Assembly (NCBI GenBank): GCA_001829005.1
Contig: MIAG01000001.1
Location: 709,007-773,006, forward strand
Direction of reading: 5' to 3'
Source: Sphingobacteriia bacterium RIFOXYC2_FULL_35_18
GTDB taxonomy: Bacteria; Bacteroidota; Bacteroidia; Chitinophagales; Chitinophagaceae
Length of the DNA: 64,000 bases
A program made the position numbers and the translations under genes. Under the pieces are notes generated by a model. It was not told the DNA's origin. It saw only the letters and a list, made by a program, of their open reading frames with translations, and did no database searches. Shown here one piece after another: positions 24,587 through 35,104 of this stretch (the stretch's first letter is position 1; each line of letters opens with the position of its first letter).

Positions 24587-26420
24587 ACCTAATGCTTTAT
24601 TATGTATTCTGATTGTAGAAGATAATCCTGCAGATTTATTTGTATTAGAGGGACTCTTGTGGAAAACAAGATTACCTATTGGGCAAATTGTAAAAGCGAA
24701 AAGCAATGAAGAGGCAGACTCTTTACTAAAAAAAGAAAAGCCCAACTTAATCTTACTGGATCTTTCTTTACCAGACAGTGTAGGGATTGAATCGTTTAAG
24801 CATATCAATAATATAGCGCCCAATATTCCCATCATAGTCTTAACAGGATTGTCTGATATGGACATGGCCCTTGAAACCATGGCAGCTGGTGCGCAAGATT
24901 ATTTGGTTAAAGCAGAGTTTGATGAAAAGTTGCTTTCTAAATCTATTCAATACAGTATTGAACGTAAACGCAATTTAGAAAATACTCGAGTGAGTAATGA
25001 GCGTTACAATATTGTAGTAAAAGCAACCAATGATGCAGTTTGGGAAATGAATTTAGCAGATCAAACAGTTTTATGGGTCGGCGATAATTTCAAGAAGACA
25101 TTTGGTTACGATTTAGTAGATGTATATGTAGATGCCAACGATTGGATTTATAAAATTCACCCTGAAGATAGAGACCGAGTACAGCAAAGTATTACGGACA
25201 CTTATACAAAATCGGGGAGCCCTTATTGGAAAGAAGAATACCGGTTTTTAAAATCGAATGGTCAATATGCTTATGTACTTGATAGGGGCTATATCATTTA
25301 TGAAAATGAGCAGCCAACAAGAATGATTGGGGCCATGCAAGATATTACCGAGCGAAAGGAAAATGCGGAGATGATTTTGCTTTCCGAAAAAAGGTATCGT
25401 AGTTTGTTCTATTACAATCCCATGGCCATTTTTATTTGGGATTTGCAATCGCACCAAATTGTAGAAGTGAATGATATGGCCGAGAAAGAATACGGCTATA
25501 CCCGCGACGAGTTTGTGCAATTGACTTTGTGGGATCTAAGATCTCCAGATAATTTTGGTAAGCTGAAATTATTTATTGAACATATCGCAACCTCTGATGA
25601 AATGGATTCTGGAGGAACCTGGGAACATATTACCAAAACTGGGGAGCGAATATTCATGAATATTTTTTCGCATCGCATTCAATACAATGGTAAAGATGCG
25701 GTGATGGCCATTGCACAAAATGTAACTGGTAAATTATTGTTGGAGAAAAAATTGGAAGAGGAACGCTTGATCAAGCAAAAAGAAATTGCCGAAGCAGTTA
25801 TTAATACACAAGAGACGGAACGTCACGATATTAGCAGAGAACTGCATGATAATGTAAATCAACAATTAACTGTTGCTATGATGTATATCGCTTCTGCCGA
25901 AAAGAAACAGCAACCTGGATCAGATTTACTTCGTCAATCGGCCGATTTTATTTTACATGCGATTGAGGAAATTAGAAGACTTTCTAAAGGATTGGTTACG
26001 CCGTTAATTAAAGATTTTGGATTGGTAAAAGCGATTGAAAGTGTACTGGAAGACTTGTCTGCAGTGAACGATATGAAGATTGATTTTGTTTCAGATACTT
26101 TTTTTGAAGACGATATCCATTATGATTTTAAGCTCAGCATTTTTAGAATTGTTCAAGAGCAAGTGAACAATGTATTAAAACATTCAGGTGCTACTGAGTT
26201 AAAAATTGATTTGGGTAGAAATAGGAATAGTATTTATTTATCCATTTACGATAATGGGGTAGGCTTTGATTTGGCAGTTCAAAAAAAGGGGATTGGTTTA
26301 TACAATATCACCAGTAGGGTAGAACTGTTTAATGGAACCATCAGCATTCATACTGCACCTACTTCTGGTTGTGCCATGCATATGAGTTTCCCTATCACTC
26401 AGGACATTATGCGTCACTAG
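24579..26420 (+). CDS. Hybrid signalling protein: receiver domain + two PAS domains + HisKA_3/HATPase kinase
   Basis: REC domain (ILIVEDNPAD...DLSLPD), PAS regions, H-box SRELHDNVNQ and the ATPase G-boxes. The ATG overlaps the upstream stop by 8 nt. Confidence 0.85.
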   Translation: MPEPNALLCILIVEDNPADLFVLEGLLWKTRLPIGQIVKAKSNEEADSLLKKEKPNLILLDLSLPDSVGIESFKHINNIAPNIPIIVLTGLSDMDMALETMAAGAQDYLVKAEFDEKLLSKSIQYSIERKRNLENTRVSNERYNIVVKATNDAVWEMNLADQTVLWVGDNFKKTFGYDLVDVYVDANDWIYKIHPEDRDRVQQSITDTYTKSGSPYWKEEYRFLKSNGQYAYVLDRGYIIYENEQPTRMIGAMQDITERKENAEMILLSEKRYRSLFYYNPMAIFIWDLQSHQIVEVNDMAEKEYGYTRDEFVQLTLWDLRSPDNFGKLKLFIEHIATSDEMDSGGTWEHITKTGERIFMNIFSHRIQYNGKDAVMAIAQNVTGKLLLEKKLEEERLIKQKEIAEAVINTQETERHDISRELHDNVNQQLTVAMMYIASAEKKQQPGSDLLRQSADFILHAIEEIRRLSKGLVTPLIKDFGLVKAIESVLEDLSAVNDMKIDFVSDTFFEDDIHYDFKLSIFRIVQEQVNNVLKHSGATELKIDLGRNRNSIYLSIYDNGVGFDLAVQKKGIGLYNITSRVELFNGTISIHTAPTSGCAMHMSFPITQDIMRH

Positions 26421-27966
26421 TTCTTTTGGTGGCTGCTATAAATTTTTGACGAATAATACTTTGAACTGGTTTGCGTTGAATTTTACTTTCAAGCCAAGAA
26501 ATGAAATCGAGGTACATAAATGCCCTGGTTTCCATTCTATCGTTGGCCATTCCTTTAAGTTCGGTTAATAAATTTTGAAACAATGGTTTTACTTTATTGG
26601 GAGAACTATGAAAGGATTGTTTTAAGAAACTAAACACTGCTTCTTCCGCAGCGCTTAAGTTTTGCATTTTTGCCATGAATCGATAAACCGATTTCAGCAA
26701 GTATTTCAATAAGTCAAAATTACCCATTTCGTAATGTGCAATCATATGCAAGAGTCGGGCATAACATTGTAAATCTGTTCTCAAATCTACTTTTAAGTTG
26801 ATGATCTTATTTAAGTAATCAATACTCTTTTCTGCGTCGCCACTTCCAAAATACAAAGAAGCTATTTTGTAGTAAAATACCAATGTTCTGTGTCGGTCTA
26901 AATAAACTTCGTATTCTAATAATCGTTCTTCAATTTCTGGAACCAAGGATAATCCTTTTGTAAATGTTCCTTCCATGAAGTGCTTGTTTAATTTTGCGGT
27001 ATATAAATAAGTAAAGCACTGTACTTTGTTATTGATATTGTTTTGAACCACCGGTGTTTCTATAAACGCTTCAAATTCTTTGATGGTTTCATTAAATTTT
27101 CTATAGTTTCTTAAATCAAAATGTGCTCCCAATAAATTATGCATCCCCTTGATATAATGGGCTGTTTCAATTTCGATCATCTTGGGTTCTGCCTTAAATA
27201 GTTCTGTCCATTTAATACAGTATCGGTAATACATTAAAAATTCTTGGGTAATAAATGCATACCAACAAAAACATTGGTACAAATAGAGTTTTTCATAAAA
27301 TCCTTTTCCTTGCTCACTCTCATGTAAAATTGGATGATTAAAATAAACATCCAATGATTTTTTATCTTCCTCATTTCGAGCATGCCCATTTCTAATATAC
27401 CACTCATACAAAAGCAAAGACAAATTAGATAGGGTGCTGATATTGACCAATCTTTCGTTGGTTTCATTAGATTCGGCACATAATTTTTCTGCCCTATCCT
27501 GCATACTTCTGGTGATATGCAAAGACTCAATTTTTTTCTCCAAAAAAAGCACTTGTTGAATATAAGTCACTTGATTATTGGCTTTGGCCAATTCTTTTAC
27601 CTTGTCTAATATTTTTAAGCTTTGAATATTCAGTCCTTTGTTATACAAGATTCTGGCGAAGTCTAATTGTTCATGTAATTGTAGGTCTATATTTTCCTCT
27701 TGCTTCAATAAACGAACACTTGCTAGTATTTCTTGGTATAAATGTGCTTTTAGGTTAGAGAGTTGTTGCTTTTGTATGCTGGGTGTTTTCTTCAATAAAA
27801 CGGCTTCATCGTATTGAGCCATTTTATCTAATGCATCAAATAGTTGAACCACTTTTAAGTTGCCTGTTCCCGTATTCCGGGTCATATATAGTTTGAAATT
27901 GCGCTTTTCGGCCCTTTCAAGCGATTGAATTAATTGAAATAAGGGGTCTATTGTTCGGTTGGGCAT
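26407..27966 (-). CDS. Hypothetical protein (helical-repeat-like)
   Basis: Long 519-aa ORF with coding-like composition. I recognise no family. Confidence 0.6.
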   Translation of the reverse strand: MPNRTIDPLFQLIQSLERAEKRNFKLYMTRNTGTGNLKVVQLFDALDKMAQYDEAVLLKKTPSIQKQQLSNLKAHLYQEILASVRLLKQEENIDLQLHEQLDFARILYNKGLNIQSLKILDKVKELAKANNQVTYIQQVLFLEKKIESLHITRSMQDRAEKLCAESNETNERLVNISTLSNLSLLLYEWYIRNGHARNEEDKKSLDVYFNHPILHESEQGKGFYEKLYLYQCFCWYAFITQEFLMYYRYCIKWTELFKAEPKMIEIETAHYIKGMHNLLGAHFDLRNYRKFNETIKEFEAFIETPVVQNNINNKVQCFTYLYTAKLNKHFMEGTFTKGLSLVPEIEERLLEYEVYLDRHRTLVFYYKIASLYFGSGDAEKSIDYLNKIINLKVDLRTDLQCYARLLHMIAHYEMGNFDLLKYLLKSVYRFMAKMQNLSAAEEAVFSFLKQSFHSSPNKVKPLFQNLLTELKGMANDRMETRAFMYLDFISWLESKIQRKPVQSIIRQKFIAATKRTSDA

Positions 27967-28092
27967 CGTAATTCGGTTGGGCTATAATTCAATACTGTAT
28001 TGAATTTTATGGTTTTTGAAGGGCTTTACACAGCGTAAAATCACCTTCGTTTTGTTTCAGAACTAAAGATAAGGCAATCTAAATTCGAATAC

Positions 28093-28153
28093 GACAGGCC
28101 GTACTGTTGTTATTAAAGGCAATCAATAGCAATAGCTACGCGCCTGTCTTTTT
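28093..28153 (+). promoter_or_regulatory. Orphan intrinsic-terminator hairpin in the leuA leader (candidate attenuator)
   Basis: A ~22-bp imperfect stem (g28093..t28114 pairs with a28125..c28148, with two 1-nt bulges) and a 10-nt loop, followed by TTTTT. It lies 22 nt upstream of the leuA ATG in a divergent intergenic region where no gene ends. Confidence 0.55.
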
Positions 28154-28174
28154 ATATTAAAAATACCATTGAAT

Positions 28175-29341
28175 ATGGCTGAAAAGATTCACATTTTTGA
28201 TACAACCCTAAGAGATGGGGAACAAGTACCTGGTTGTAAACTGAATACCAAAGAAAAATTGGGCCTGGCTTTACAGTTAGAAGAATTGGGTGTAGATATT
28301 ATTGAAGCAGGATTTCCTGTATCTAGTCCGGGCGATTTTGAGTCGGTTACCCAAATTGCTAAGCATATTAAAAATGCCACTGTTTGTGGGTTAACTAGAG
28401 CAGTTCAAAAAGATATAGAAGTGGCCGCACAAGCGTTAAAATATGCTGTAAGACCAAGAATTCATACCGGTATAGGCACTTCTGATTTTCATATCAAAGC
28501 CAAGTTCAATTCTACACAAGATGAAATTTTAGCAAGAGCCATTCAATGTGTAAAATGGGCCAGGAATTTTACGGATGATGTAGAGTTTTATGCTGAAGAC
28601 GCAGGTAGAACAGACAACGAATATTTAGCCAGAGTGGTGGAAGCAGTCATTGCTGTTGGAGCAACTGTTGTGAATATTCCAGATACAACGGGTTATTGTT
28701 TACCCCATCAGTATGGAGAAAAAATTGCTTTCTTAAGGAACAATGTTTCCAATATAGACAAAGCCATTCTTTCTTGTCATTGCCATAATGATTTGGGTTT
28801 GGCTACAGCTAATTCAATTAGCGGGGTAATGAATGGGGCACGTCAAATAGAATGTACCATTAATGGTTTAGGGGAACGTGCAGGCAATACATCATTAGAA
28901 GAAGTAGTGATGATTATTGCTCAACACAAGCAATTGAATCTATATACCAATATCAATACTCAAATGTTGAATCCATTGAGCAGAGAAGTGTCTGATATAA
29001 TGCGCATGCCTGTTCAACCCAATAAAGCCATTGTAGGTTCTAATGCATTTTCACATTCATCGGGTATTCACCAAGATGGTTTCTTAAAGTCTGCAGAAAC
29101 CTACGAGATCATTAATCCTGAATTGGTTGGTGCCGAAGGGAGCAAAATCGTGTTGACAGCAAGAAGCGGAAGAAGTGCGCTGGCCCACCGTTTTCAAAAG
29201 TTGGGATATGAATTTAATAGAGATGATATAGATGCTTTATACGAAAACTTTTTATTGGTGGCCGATGGCAAAAAAGAAGTAGTAGAAGCCGATTTACAAC
29301 ATTTAGCCACTAACTATAATAAAGTAAGGGCAATAGCATAA
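28175..29341 (+). CDS. leuA: 2-isopropylmalate synthase, short form (no C-terminal LeuA regulatory domain)
   Basis: [11 protein letters not shown] and HCHNDLGLA motifs. 388 aa from the ATG at 28175 (the track starts at a TTG at 28169). Confidence 0.85.
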   Translation: MAEKIHIFDTTLRDGEQVPGCKLNTKEKLGLALQLEELGVDIIEAGFPVSSPGDFESVTQIAKHIKNATVCGLTRAVQKDIEVAAQALKYAVRPRIHTGIGTSDFHIKAKFNSTQDEILARAIQCVKWARNFTDDVEFYAEDAGRTDNEYLARVVEAVIAVGATVVNIPDTTGYCLPHQYGEKIAFLRNNVSNIDKAILSCHCHNDLGLATANSISGVMNGARQIECTINGLGERAGNTSLEEVVMIIAQHKQLNLYTNINTQMLNPLSREVSDIMRMPVQPNKAIVGSNAFSHSSGIHQDGFLKSAETYEIINPELVGAEGSKIVLTARSGRSALAHRFQKLGYEFNRDDIDALYENFLLVADGKKEVVEADLQHLATNYNKVRAIA

Positions 29342-29350
29342 TTAAGAAAA

Positions 29351-30760
29351 ATGGCACAAACATTATTTGATAAAATTTGGGATGCACATGTGGTAGAAAA
29401 AATACCAGACGGTCCTTCTGTTTTATATATAGATAAACATTTTATTCATGAAGTTACCAGTCCTCAAGCTTTCAAGGGAATTGAAAAGCGAGGACTTCCT
29501 TTATTCAGACCAAAGCAAACTATTGCAACAGCAGACCACAATGTGCCTACATTGAATCAGCATTTACCTATTAAAGACCAGCTGAGTAAAATGCAGGTTG
29601 ACCAATTAATTGAGAATTGTGAAAAACATGGGGTTGAATTATATGGACTAGGACATCCTTATCAAGGGATTGTACATGTGATTGGTCCAGAGTTGGGAAT
29701 TACACAACCAGGAATGACCATTGTTTGTGGAGACAGTCATACCAGTACTCATGGAGCATTTGGCACCATTGCATTTGGAATTGGAACCAGTGAAGTGGAA
29801 ATGGTATTTGCTTCACAATGTGTGTTGCAAACCAAGCCCAAAACCATGCGCATCAATATTGAGGGCAATTTGCCAAATGGGGTTGTTTCAAAAGATATTA
29901 TTTTATACATCATTGTTAAAATTTCTGCCAGTGGTGCAACAGGATATTTTGTGGAGTATGCAGGTAGTACCATTCGCTCACTTTCTATGGAAGCTAGAAT
30001 GACCATTTGCAATATGAGTATTGAAATGGGCGCTAGGGGTGGAATTATTGCACCAGATGAAATCACTTTTAATTATATTAAAGGAAGAACCTATGCACCA
30101 AAGGGTGCAGATTGGGATAAGCAATTAGCCAATTGGAAAAAATTGTATTCGGATCAAGACGCAATATTTGATGCAGAAATAAATATTAATGCTGCTGAAA
30201 TTGCTCCGATGATTACCTATGGTACCAATCCAGGATTGGGTATGGCCATTGATGGAAATATTCCATTGACAGAATCAATTCCAAATCCAGGAGAAAAGAA
30301 AAACCTAGAACATGCACTAACTTATATGGGTTTAAACAGTGGTGCGGCTTTATTGGGAATGCCTATTCAGCATGTGTTTATAGGAAGTTGCACCAACTCT
30401 AGAATCGAAGACCTGCGATTGGTGGCCGAATTAGTAAAAGGCAGAAAGAAACACGACTCAGTAAAAGTGATGATTGTACCTGGTTCTCAACAAGTAGCTA
30501 AACAAGTACATGCAGAAGGATTAGATCGAATTTTTGCTGAAGCGGGTTTTCAAATAAGGCAAGCAGGTTGTAGTGCTTGTTTGGGAATGAATGAGGATAA
30601 AATTCCAGCCGGCGAATATTGTATTAGTACCAGTAATAGAAATTTTGAAGGCAGGCAAGGTGCAGGTGCAAGAACATTATTGGCGAGTCCTTTAACAGCA
30701 GCTGCTGCTGCTATTACTGGTGTAGTAACAGATGTAAGAGAATTAATTAATCATAATTAG
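29351..30760 (+). CDS. leuC: 3-isopropylmalate dehydratase large subunit
   Basis: Aconitase-family motifs (VCGDSHT, GSCTNSR, ACLGMN). Confidence 0.93.
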   Translation: MAQTLFDKIWDAHVVEKIPDGPSVLYIDKHFIHEVTSPQAFKGIEKRGLPLFRPKQTIATADHNVPTLNQHLPIKDQLSKMQVDQLIENCEKHGVELYGLGHPYQGIVHVIGPELGITQPGMTIVCGDSHTSTHGAFGTIAFGIGTSEVEMVFASQCVLQTKPKTMRINIEGNLPNGVVSKDIILYIIVKISASGATGYFVEYAGSTIRSLSMEARMTICNMSIEMGARGGIIAPDEITFNYIKGRTYAPKGADWDKQLANWKKLYSDQDAIFDAEININAAEIAPMITYGTNPGLGMAIDGNIPLTESIPNPGEKKNLEHALTYMGLNSGAALLGMPIQHVFIGSCTNSRIEDLRLVAELVKGRKKHDSVKVMIVPGSQQVAKQVHAEGLDRIFAEAGFQIRQAGCSACLGMNEDKIPAGEYCISTSNRNFEGRQGAGARTLLASPLTAAAAAITGVVTDVRELINHN

Positions 30761-30773
30761 TAGTAAATAAAGT

Positions 30774-31358
30774 ATGCAAGCTTTACAGCAAATAAAAAGT
30801 TCTTTTGTTCCACTGCCCATTGAAAATGTGGACACGGACCAAATTATTCCAGCTCGATTTTTAAAAGCAACCACCAGAGATGGATTTGGTAAAAATCTAT
30901 TTAGAGATTGGCGATATGAACAAGACGATGAAACAAAACCCAAGCCTGATTTTGTATTAAATCAAAAAGTATTTTCTGGAGAAATATTAGTGGCTGGTAA
31001 AAATTTTGGATGTGGTTCTTCACGAGAACATGCTGCATGGGCTTTATTGGATTATGGTTTTAAAGCAGTGGTCTCTAGTTTTTTTGCAGACATTTTTAAA
31101 AACAATGCATTAAATAATGGAGTGTTGCCAGTGATTGTATCGGATGATTTTTTAGCGCAAATTTTTGCACTAACTGCCACAGATACCCTTACTATTGATG
31201 TGGCTGCACAAACCATCACGATTGATTCTACGGGCGCAGCAACTTCTTTTGAACTAAACCCGTACAAAAAAACCTGCTTATTAAATGGATACGATGATAT
31301 TGATTTTTTAATCAGTCAAAAACAATCCATTGAAAAATTTGAACTAGAAAAAGTGTAA
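30774..31358 (+). CDS. leuD: 3-isopropylmalate dehydratase small subunit
   Basis: [13 protein letters not shown] motif. It follows leuC. Confidence 0.92.
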   Translation: MQALQQIKSSFVPLPIENVDTDQIIPARFLKATTRDGFGKNLFRDWRYEQDDETKPKPDFVLNQKVFSGEILVAGKNFGCGSSREHAAWALLDYGFKAVVSSFFADIFKNNALNNGVLPVIVSDDFLAQIFALTATDTLTIDVAAQTITIDSTGAATSFELNPYKKTCLLNGYDDIDFLISQKQSIEKFELEKV

Positions 31359-31359
31359 T

Positions 31360-32472
31360 ATGGAAAAGAAAATAGCAGTCATAAATGGGGATGGAATTGG
31401 CCCAGAAGTAACCGCACAATCCATTAAAGTACTCAATGCAATAGCAGAAGAGTTTGGTCACCAGTTTACTTATACGCATGGATTAATGGGCGCGGTTTCC
31501 ATTGATGCTACTGGATCTGCATTGCCTGAGGAAACCTTGGCAATATGTAAGGAAAGTGATGCCATATTATTTGGCGCCATTGGTCATCCTAAATTTGATA
31601 ATGATCCCTCTGCTAAAGTGAGACCAGAACAGGGTTTATTGCAATTACGCAAAGAGTTGGGGCTATTTGCAAATATTCGTCCAATCAATACTTATCGCTC
31701 TTTACATCATTTGTCTCCTTTAAAAAGCAAACAATTAGAAGGGGTTGATTTTATTATTTTCAGAGAATTAACAGGCGGTATTTATTTTGGTAAACGTACA
31801 CTTACTGAAGATAAAACCTATGCCACTGATGAATGTGCTTACCATGAATTAGAAATTGTTCGGGTTTCTAAAATGGCTTTTCAATATGCACAAAAAAGAA
31901 GAAAAAAATTAACATTGATAGACAAAGCCAATGTGTTGGAAACTTCTAGGCTTTGGCGCAGGATAGTGCAGGCAATGGCCATGCAATTTCCTGAAGTATC
32001 CGTAGATTATATGTTTGTAGACAATGCTGCTATGCAGATCATTGTTAATCCAGCCCAGTTTGATGTGGTACTCACTGAGAATATGTTTGGAGACATTATT
32101 AGTGATGAAGCCAGTGTATTAAGCGGTTCTTTAGGCTTATTACCCTCTGCATCTGTTGGTAAAACAGTAGCTATGTTCGAGCCCATTCATGGATCTTATC
32201 CGCAAGCTGCTGGAAAAGATATTGCCAATCCGTTGGGTTCTGTTTTATCTGCTGCAATGATGCTAGACCATTTTGGATTAGTAGCAGAAGCCAATGCGGT
32301 AAGAGAGGCAGTGAATTGGACACTTACACATGCGTTTGTAACAAAAGATATTGACCCAATTAATAATTATGGTACAGAAGCTGTGGGTGATTTATTAGCC
32401 GATTATATTAGAAAGAAGCATGAAACCAATGAAGGCAACAATGCTTCTTTGAATGCTTCTACTATTATTTAA
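31360..32472 (+). CDS. leuB: 3-isopropylmalate dehydrogenase
   Basis: GDGIGPEV and NMFGDIISDEAS motifs. Confidence 0.93.
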   Translation: MEKKIAVINGDGIGPEVTAQSIKVLNAIAEEFGHQFTYTHGLMGAVSIDATGSALPEETLAICKESDAILFGAIGHPKFDNDPSAKVRPEQGLLQLRKELGLFANIRPINTYRSLHHLSPLKSKQLEGVDFIIFRELTGGIYFGKRTLTEDKTYATDECAYHELEIVRVSKMAFQYAQKRRKKLTLIDKANVLETSRLWRRIVQAMAMQFPEVSVDYMFVDNAAMQIIVNPAQFDVVLTENMFGDIISDEASVLSGSLGLLPSASVGKTVAMFEPIHGSYPQAAGKDIANPLGSVLSAAMMLDHFGLVAEANAVREAVNWTLTHAFVTKDIDPINNYGTEAVGDLLADYIRKKHETNEGNNASLNASTII

Positions 32473-32515
32473 ACCAATCCTTTGTAAAGTCCTTTCCTAT
32501 TTTAAATCAACTGAA

Positions 32516-33397
32516 ATGCATTATTATCAAGCCGATACCATTATATATCACAACGGAACATTTGTAAAAGCAACCGACGCAAAAATGGATTTATATAGCC
32601 AATCACTGCATTATGGCTATTCTGTATTTGAAGGTATTCGTTCATATAAAACGACCAATGACTCTACGGCCATTTTTAAAGCAGTAGAACATTTTGAGCG
32701 TTTGAAAATTTCTGCTGAGTCCATCAATCTTCCTTATTCTTTTAATACACAAGAATTAATTGATGCAACTTACGAAGTACTCAAACAAAATAAGTTGGGT
32801 GATGCTTATATACGACCAGTCGTATATGCTCCTGCGAATATGAGTTTTGCTCGCAATACTGAATCTTATGTTTTTATTGAAGCATGGGAAATGGCGCCTT
32901 TTTTAGGCGATCAATTATTGCGCATTATGACTTCTTCTTTTCAAAGACCGAATCCCAAAGCATTTAAAATTCATGCTAAAGCAGCAGGGCACTATGTCAA
33001 CTCCATATTAGCTAGTCAGGAAGCTAAAGACAAAGGGTATGATGAAGCATTTTTATTAGACATGAATGACCATGCGGCTGAAGGCCCTGGTGCCAATGTA
33101 TTTTTTGAAAAAGACGGTGTATTGCATACGCCTCAAGCCGGTCATATTTTAGCGGGAATCACAAGGGCTACTGTTTTAGAACTTTGTTCGCAATTGAATA
33201 TTGAAGTAAAAGAAGGGGTGTTTTCAATTGATGATATTAAGCAGGCTGATGCTGCTTTTTTCTGCGGCACAGCTGCAGAAGTGATTGGTTGGAAGTCTTT
33301 GGATGAATATGTATTTCCTAAAGCTTGGAATGAAACCAATAGTTATAAAGTACAGCAAGCCTATAAACAGTTAGTAGTAAAACCCTTGTCTGCTTAA
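32516..33397 (+). CDS. ilvE: Branched-chain amino acid aminotransferase
   Basis: Class IV aminotransferase sequence (HYGYSVFEGIR). The ATG at 32516 is preferred over the track start, which overlaps leuB. Confidence 0.88.
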   Translation: MHYYQADTIIYHNGTFVKATDAKMDLYSQSLHYGYSVFEGIRSYKTTNDSTAIFKAVEHFERLKISAESINLPYSFNTQELIDATYEVLKQNKLGDAYIRPVVYAPANMSFARNTESYVFIEAWEMAPFLGDQLLRIMTSSFQRPNPKAFKIHAKAAGHYVNSILASQEAKDKGYDEAFLLDMNDHAAEGPGANVFFEKDGVLHTPQAGHILAGITRATVLELCSQLNIEVKEGVFSIDDIKQADAAFFCGTAAEVIGWKSLDEYVFPKAWNETNSYKVQQAYKQLVVKPLSA

Positions 33398-33413
33398 TTA
33401 AATAGCAATTATT

Positions 33414-35093
33414 ATGGAGTTAAATAAATATAGTAAGACCATTACACAAGATCCAACACAGCCTGCTGCACAAGCCATGTTTTATGGGATTGGATTAACC
33501 GATGCCGATTTAAAAAAAGCTCAAGTAGGTATTGTGAGCATGGGGTATGATGGCAATACTTGCAATATGCATTTAAATGATTTAGCAAAGCTGGTAAAGA
33601 AAGGCGTTTGGGACAATGATTTGGTGGGATTGATTTTTAATACCATTGGAGTTAGTGATGGAATGAGTAATGGAACACCAGGTATGCGTTATTCTTTGGT
33701 GAGTAGAGATATTATTGCAGACTCTATTGAGACGGTATGTGGCGCACAGTATTACGATTCAATTATTGCAATACCAGGATGTGATAAAAATATGCCTGGG
33801 GCTTTAATTGCTATGGGTAGATTGAATAGACCTTCTATAATGGTGTATGGTGGTACCATTGCGCCGGGTCATTATAAGGGGCAAGATTTAAATATCGTTT
33901 CTGCTTTTGAAGCACTAGGCCAAAAATTGGCAGGGCAATTAGACGAGAATGATTTTAAAGGGATTATTCAACACGCTTGCCCGGGTGCAGGTGCTTGTGG
34001 TGGAATGTACACGGCCAATACCATGGCTTCTGCTATAGAAGCATTGGGAATGAGTTTACCTTTTTCTTCTTCTAATCCTGCGTTGAGTATAGAGAAGCAA
34101 CAAGAATGTTTGAATGCAGGAAAAGCCATTCAAATTTTGATGGAAATGAATATTCTTCCTTCCGATATCATGACACGAAAAGCATTTGAGAATGCGATTA
34201 CGATTATCATGGTATTGGGCGGTAGCACCAATGCGGTGTTGCATTTGATTGCTATGGCCAAGAGTGTGGGTGTTGCTTTAACACAAGATGACTTTCAAAC
34301 TATTTCGGATAGGGTTCCTGTGCTTGCAGATTTTAAACCAAGTGGTAAATATTTAATGCAAGACTTACACCAATATGGTGGGGTACCTGCTGTAATGAAA
34401 TATCTTTTGTCTAAAGGATTATTACACGGGGATTGTTTAACTGTAACAGGAAAAACCGTTGCTGAAAATTTAGTGAATGTTCCCGATTTAGATTTTGATC
34501 AACAAAAAATAATTCTACCAGTTGAAGCGCCTTTAAAAGCAACCGGCCATTTGCAAATACTTTATGGCAATTTAGCCACAGGTGGTAGCGTGGCAAAAAT
34601 TAGTGGTAAAGAAGGGGAATTGTTTGAAGGTCCTGCAAGAGTTTTTGATGGAGAATTTGAACTAATTGAAGGCATTAATAGCGGTAAAATAAAAGCGGGC
34701 GATGTGGTAGTTATTAGAAATGTTGGTCCTGTTGGTGCTCCTGGAATGCCAGAAATGTTGAAGCCAACATCCGCCATTATTGGCGCAGGTTTAGGTAAGT
34801 CTGTTGCACTCATTACAGATGGTCGTTTTAGTGGAGGAACCCACGGATTTGTTGTGGGTCATATCACCCCAGAAGCGGTAAATGGGGGTTTAATTGGATT
34901 GGTACAAGACGATGATGTAATTGAATTGAATGTGGCTACTAAAAAAATGACTTTGAAAGTTTCTGATGAAATCATTGCTGCACGTAGGGCTCAGTGGGTT
35001 AAGCCTGCTTTGAATGCAACCAAAGGCGTTTTGTTTAAATATGCTAAATCTGTTAAAGATGCTTCTGAAGGTTGTGTAACCGATGAAGCTTAA
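33414..35093 (+). CDS. ilvD: Dihydroxy-acid dehydratase
   Basis: IlvD/Edd motifs ([18 protein letters not shown]). Confidence 0.93.
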   Translation: MELNKYSKTITQDPTQPAAQAMFYGIGLTDADLKKAQVGIVSMGYDGNTCNMHLNDLAKLVKKGVWDNDLVGLIFNTIGVSDGMSNGTPGMRYSLVSRDIIADSIETVCGAQYYDSIIAIPGCDKNMPGALIAMGRLNRPSIMVYGGTIAPGHYKGQDLNIVSAFEALGQKLAGQLDENDFKGIIQHACPGAGACGGMYTANTMASAIEALGMSLPFSSSNPALSIEKQQECLNAGKAIQILMEMNILPSDIMTRKAFENAITIIMVLGGSTNAVLHLIAMAKSVGVALTQDDFQTISDRVPVLADFKPSGKYLMQDLHQYGGVPAVMKYLLSKGLLHGDCLTVTGKTVAENLVNVPDLDFDQQKIILPVEAPLKATGHLQILYGNLATGGSVAKISGKEGELFEGPARVFDGEFELIEGINSGKIKAGDVVVIRNVGPVGAPGMPEMLKPTSAIIGAGLGKSVALITDGRFSGGTHGFVVGHITPEAVNGGLIGLVQDDDVIELNVATKKMTLKVSDEIIAARRAQWVKPALNATKGVLFKYAKSVKDASEGCVTDEA

Positions 35094-35104
35094 ATATTTT
35101 TTGT

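Noticed and set aside
28009-28038. A 9-codon ORF (MVFEGLYTA) upstream of leuA, considered as a possible attenuation leader peptide.
   Set aside because: It has no run of Leu/Ile/Val codons. It ends about 55 nt before the terminator stem, so it does not overlap any obvious antiterminator.
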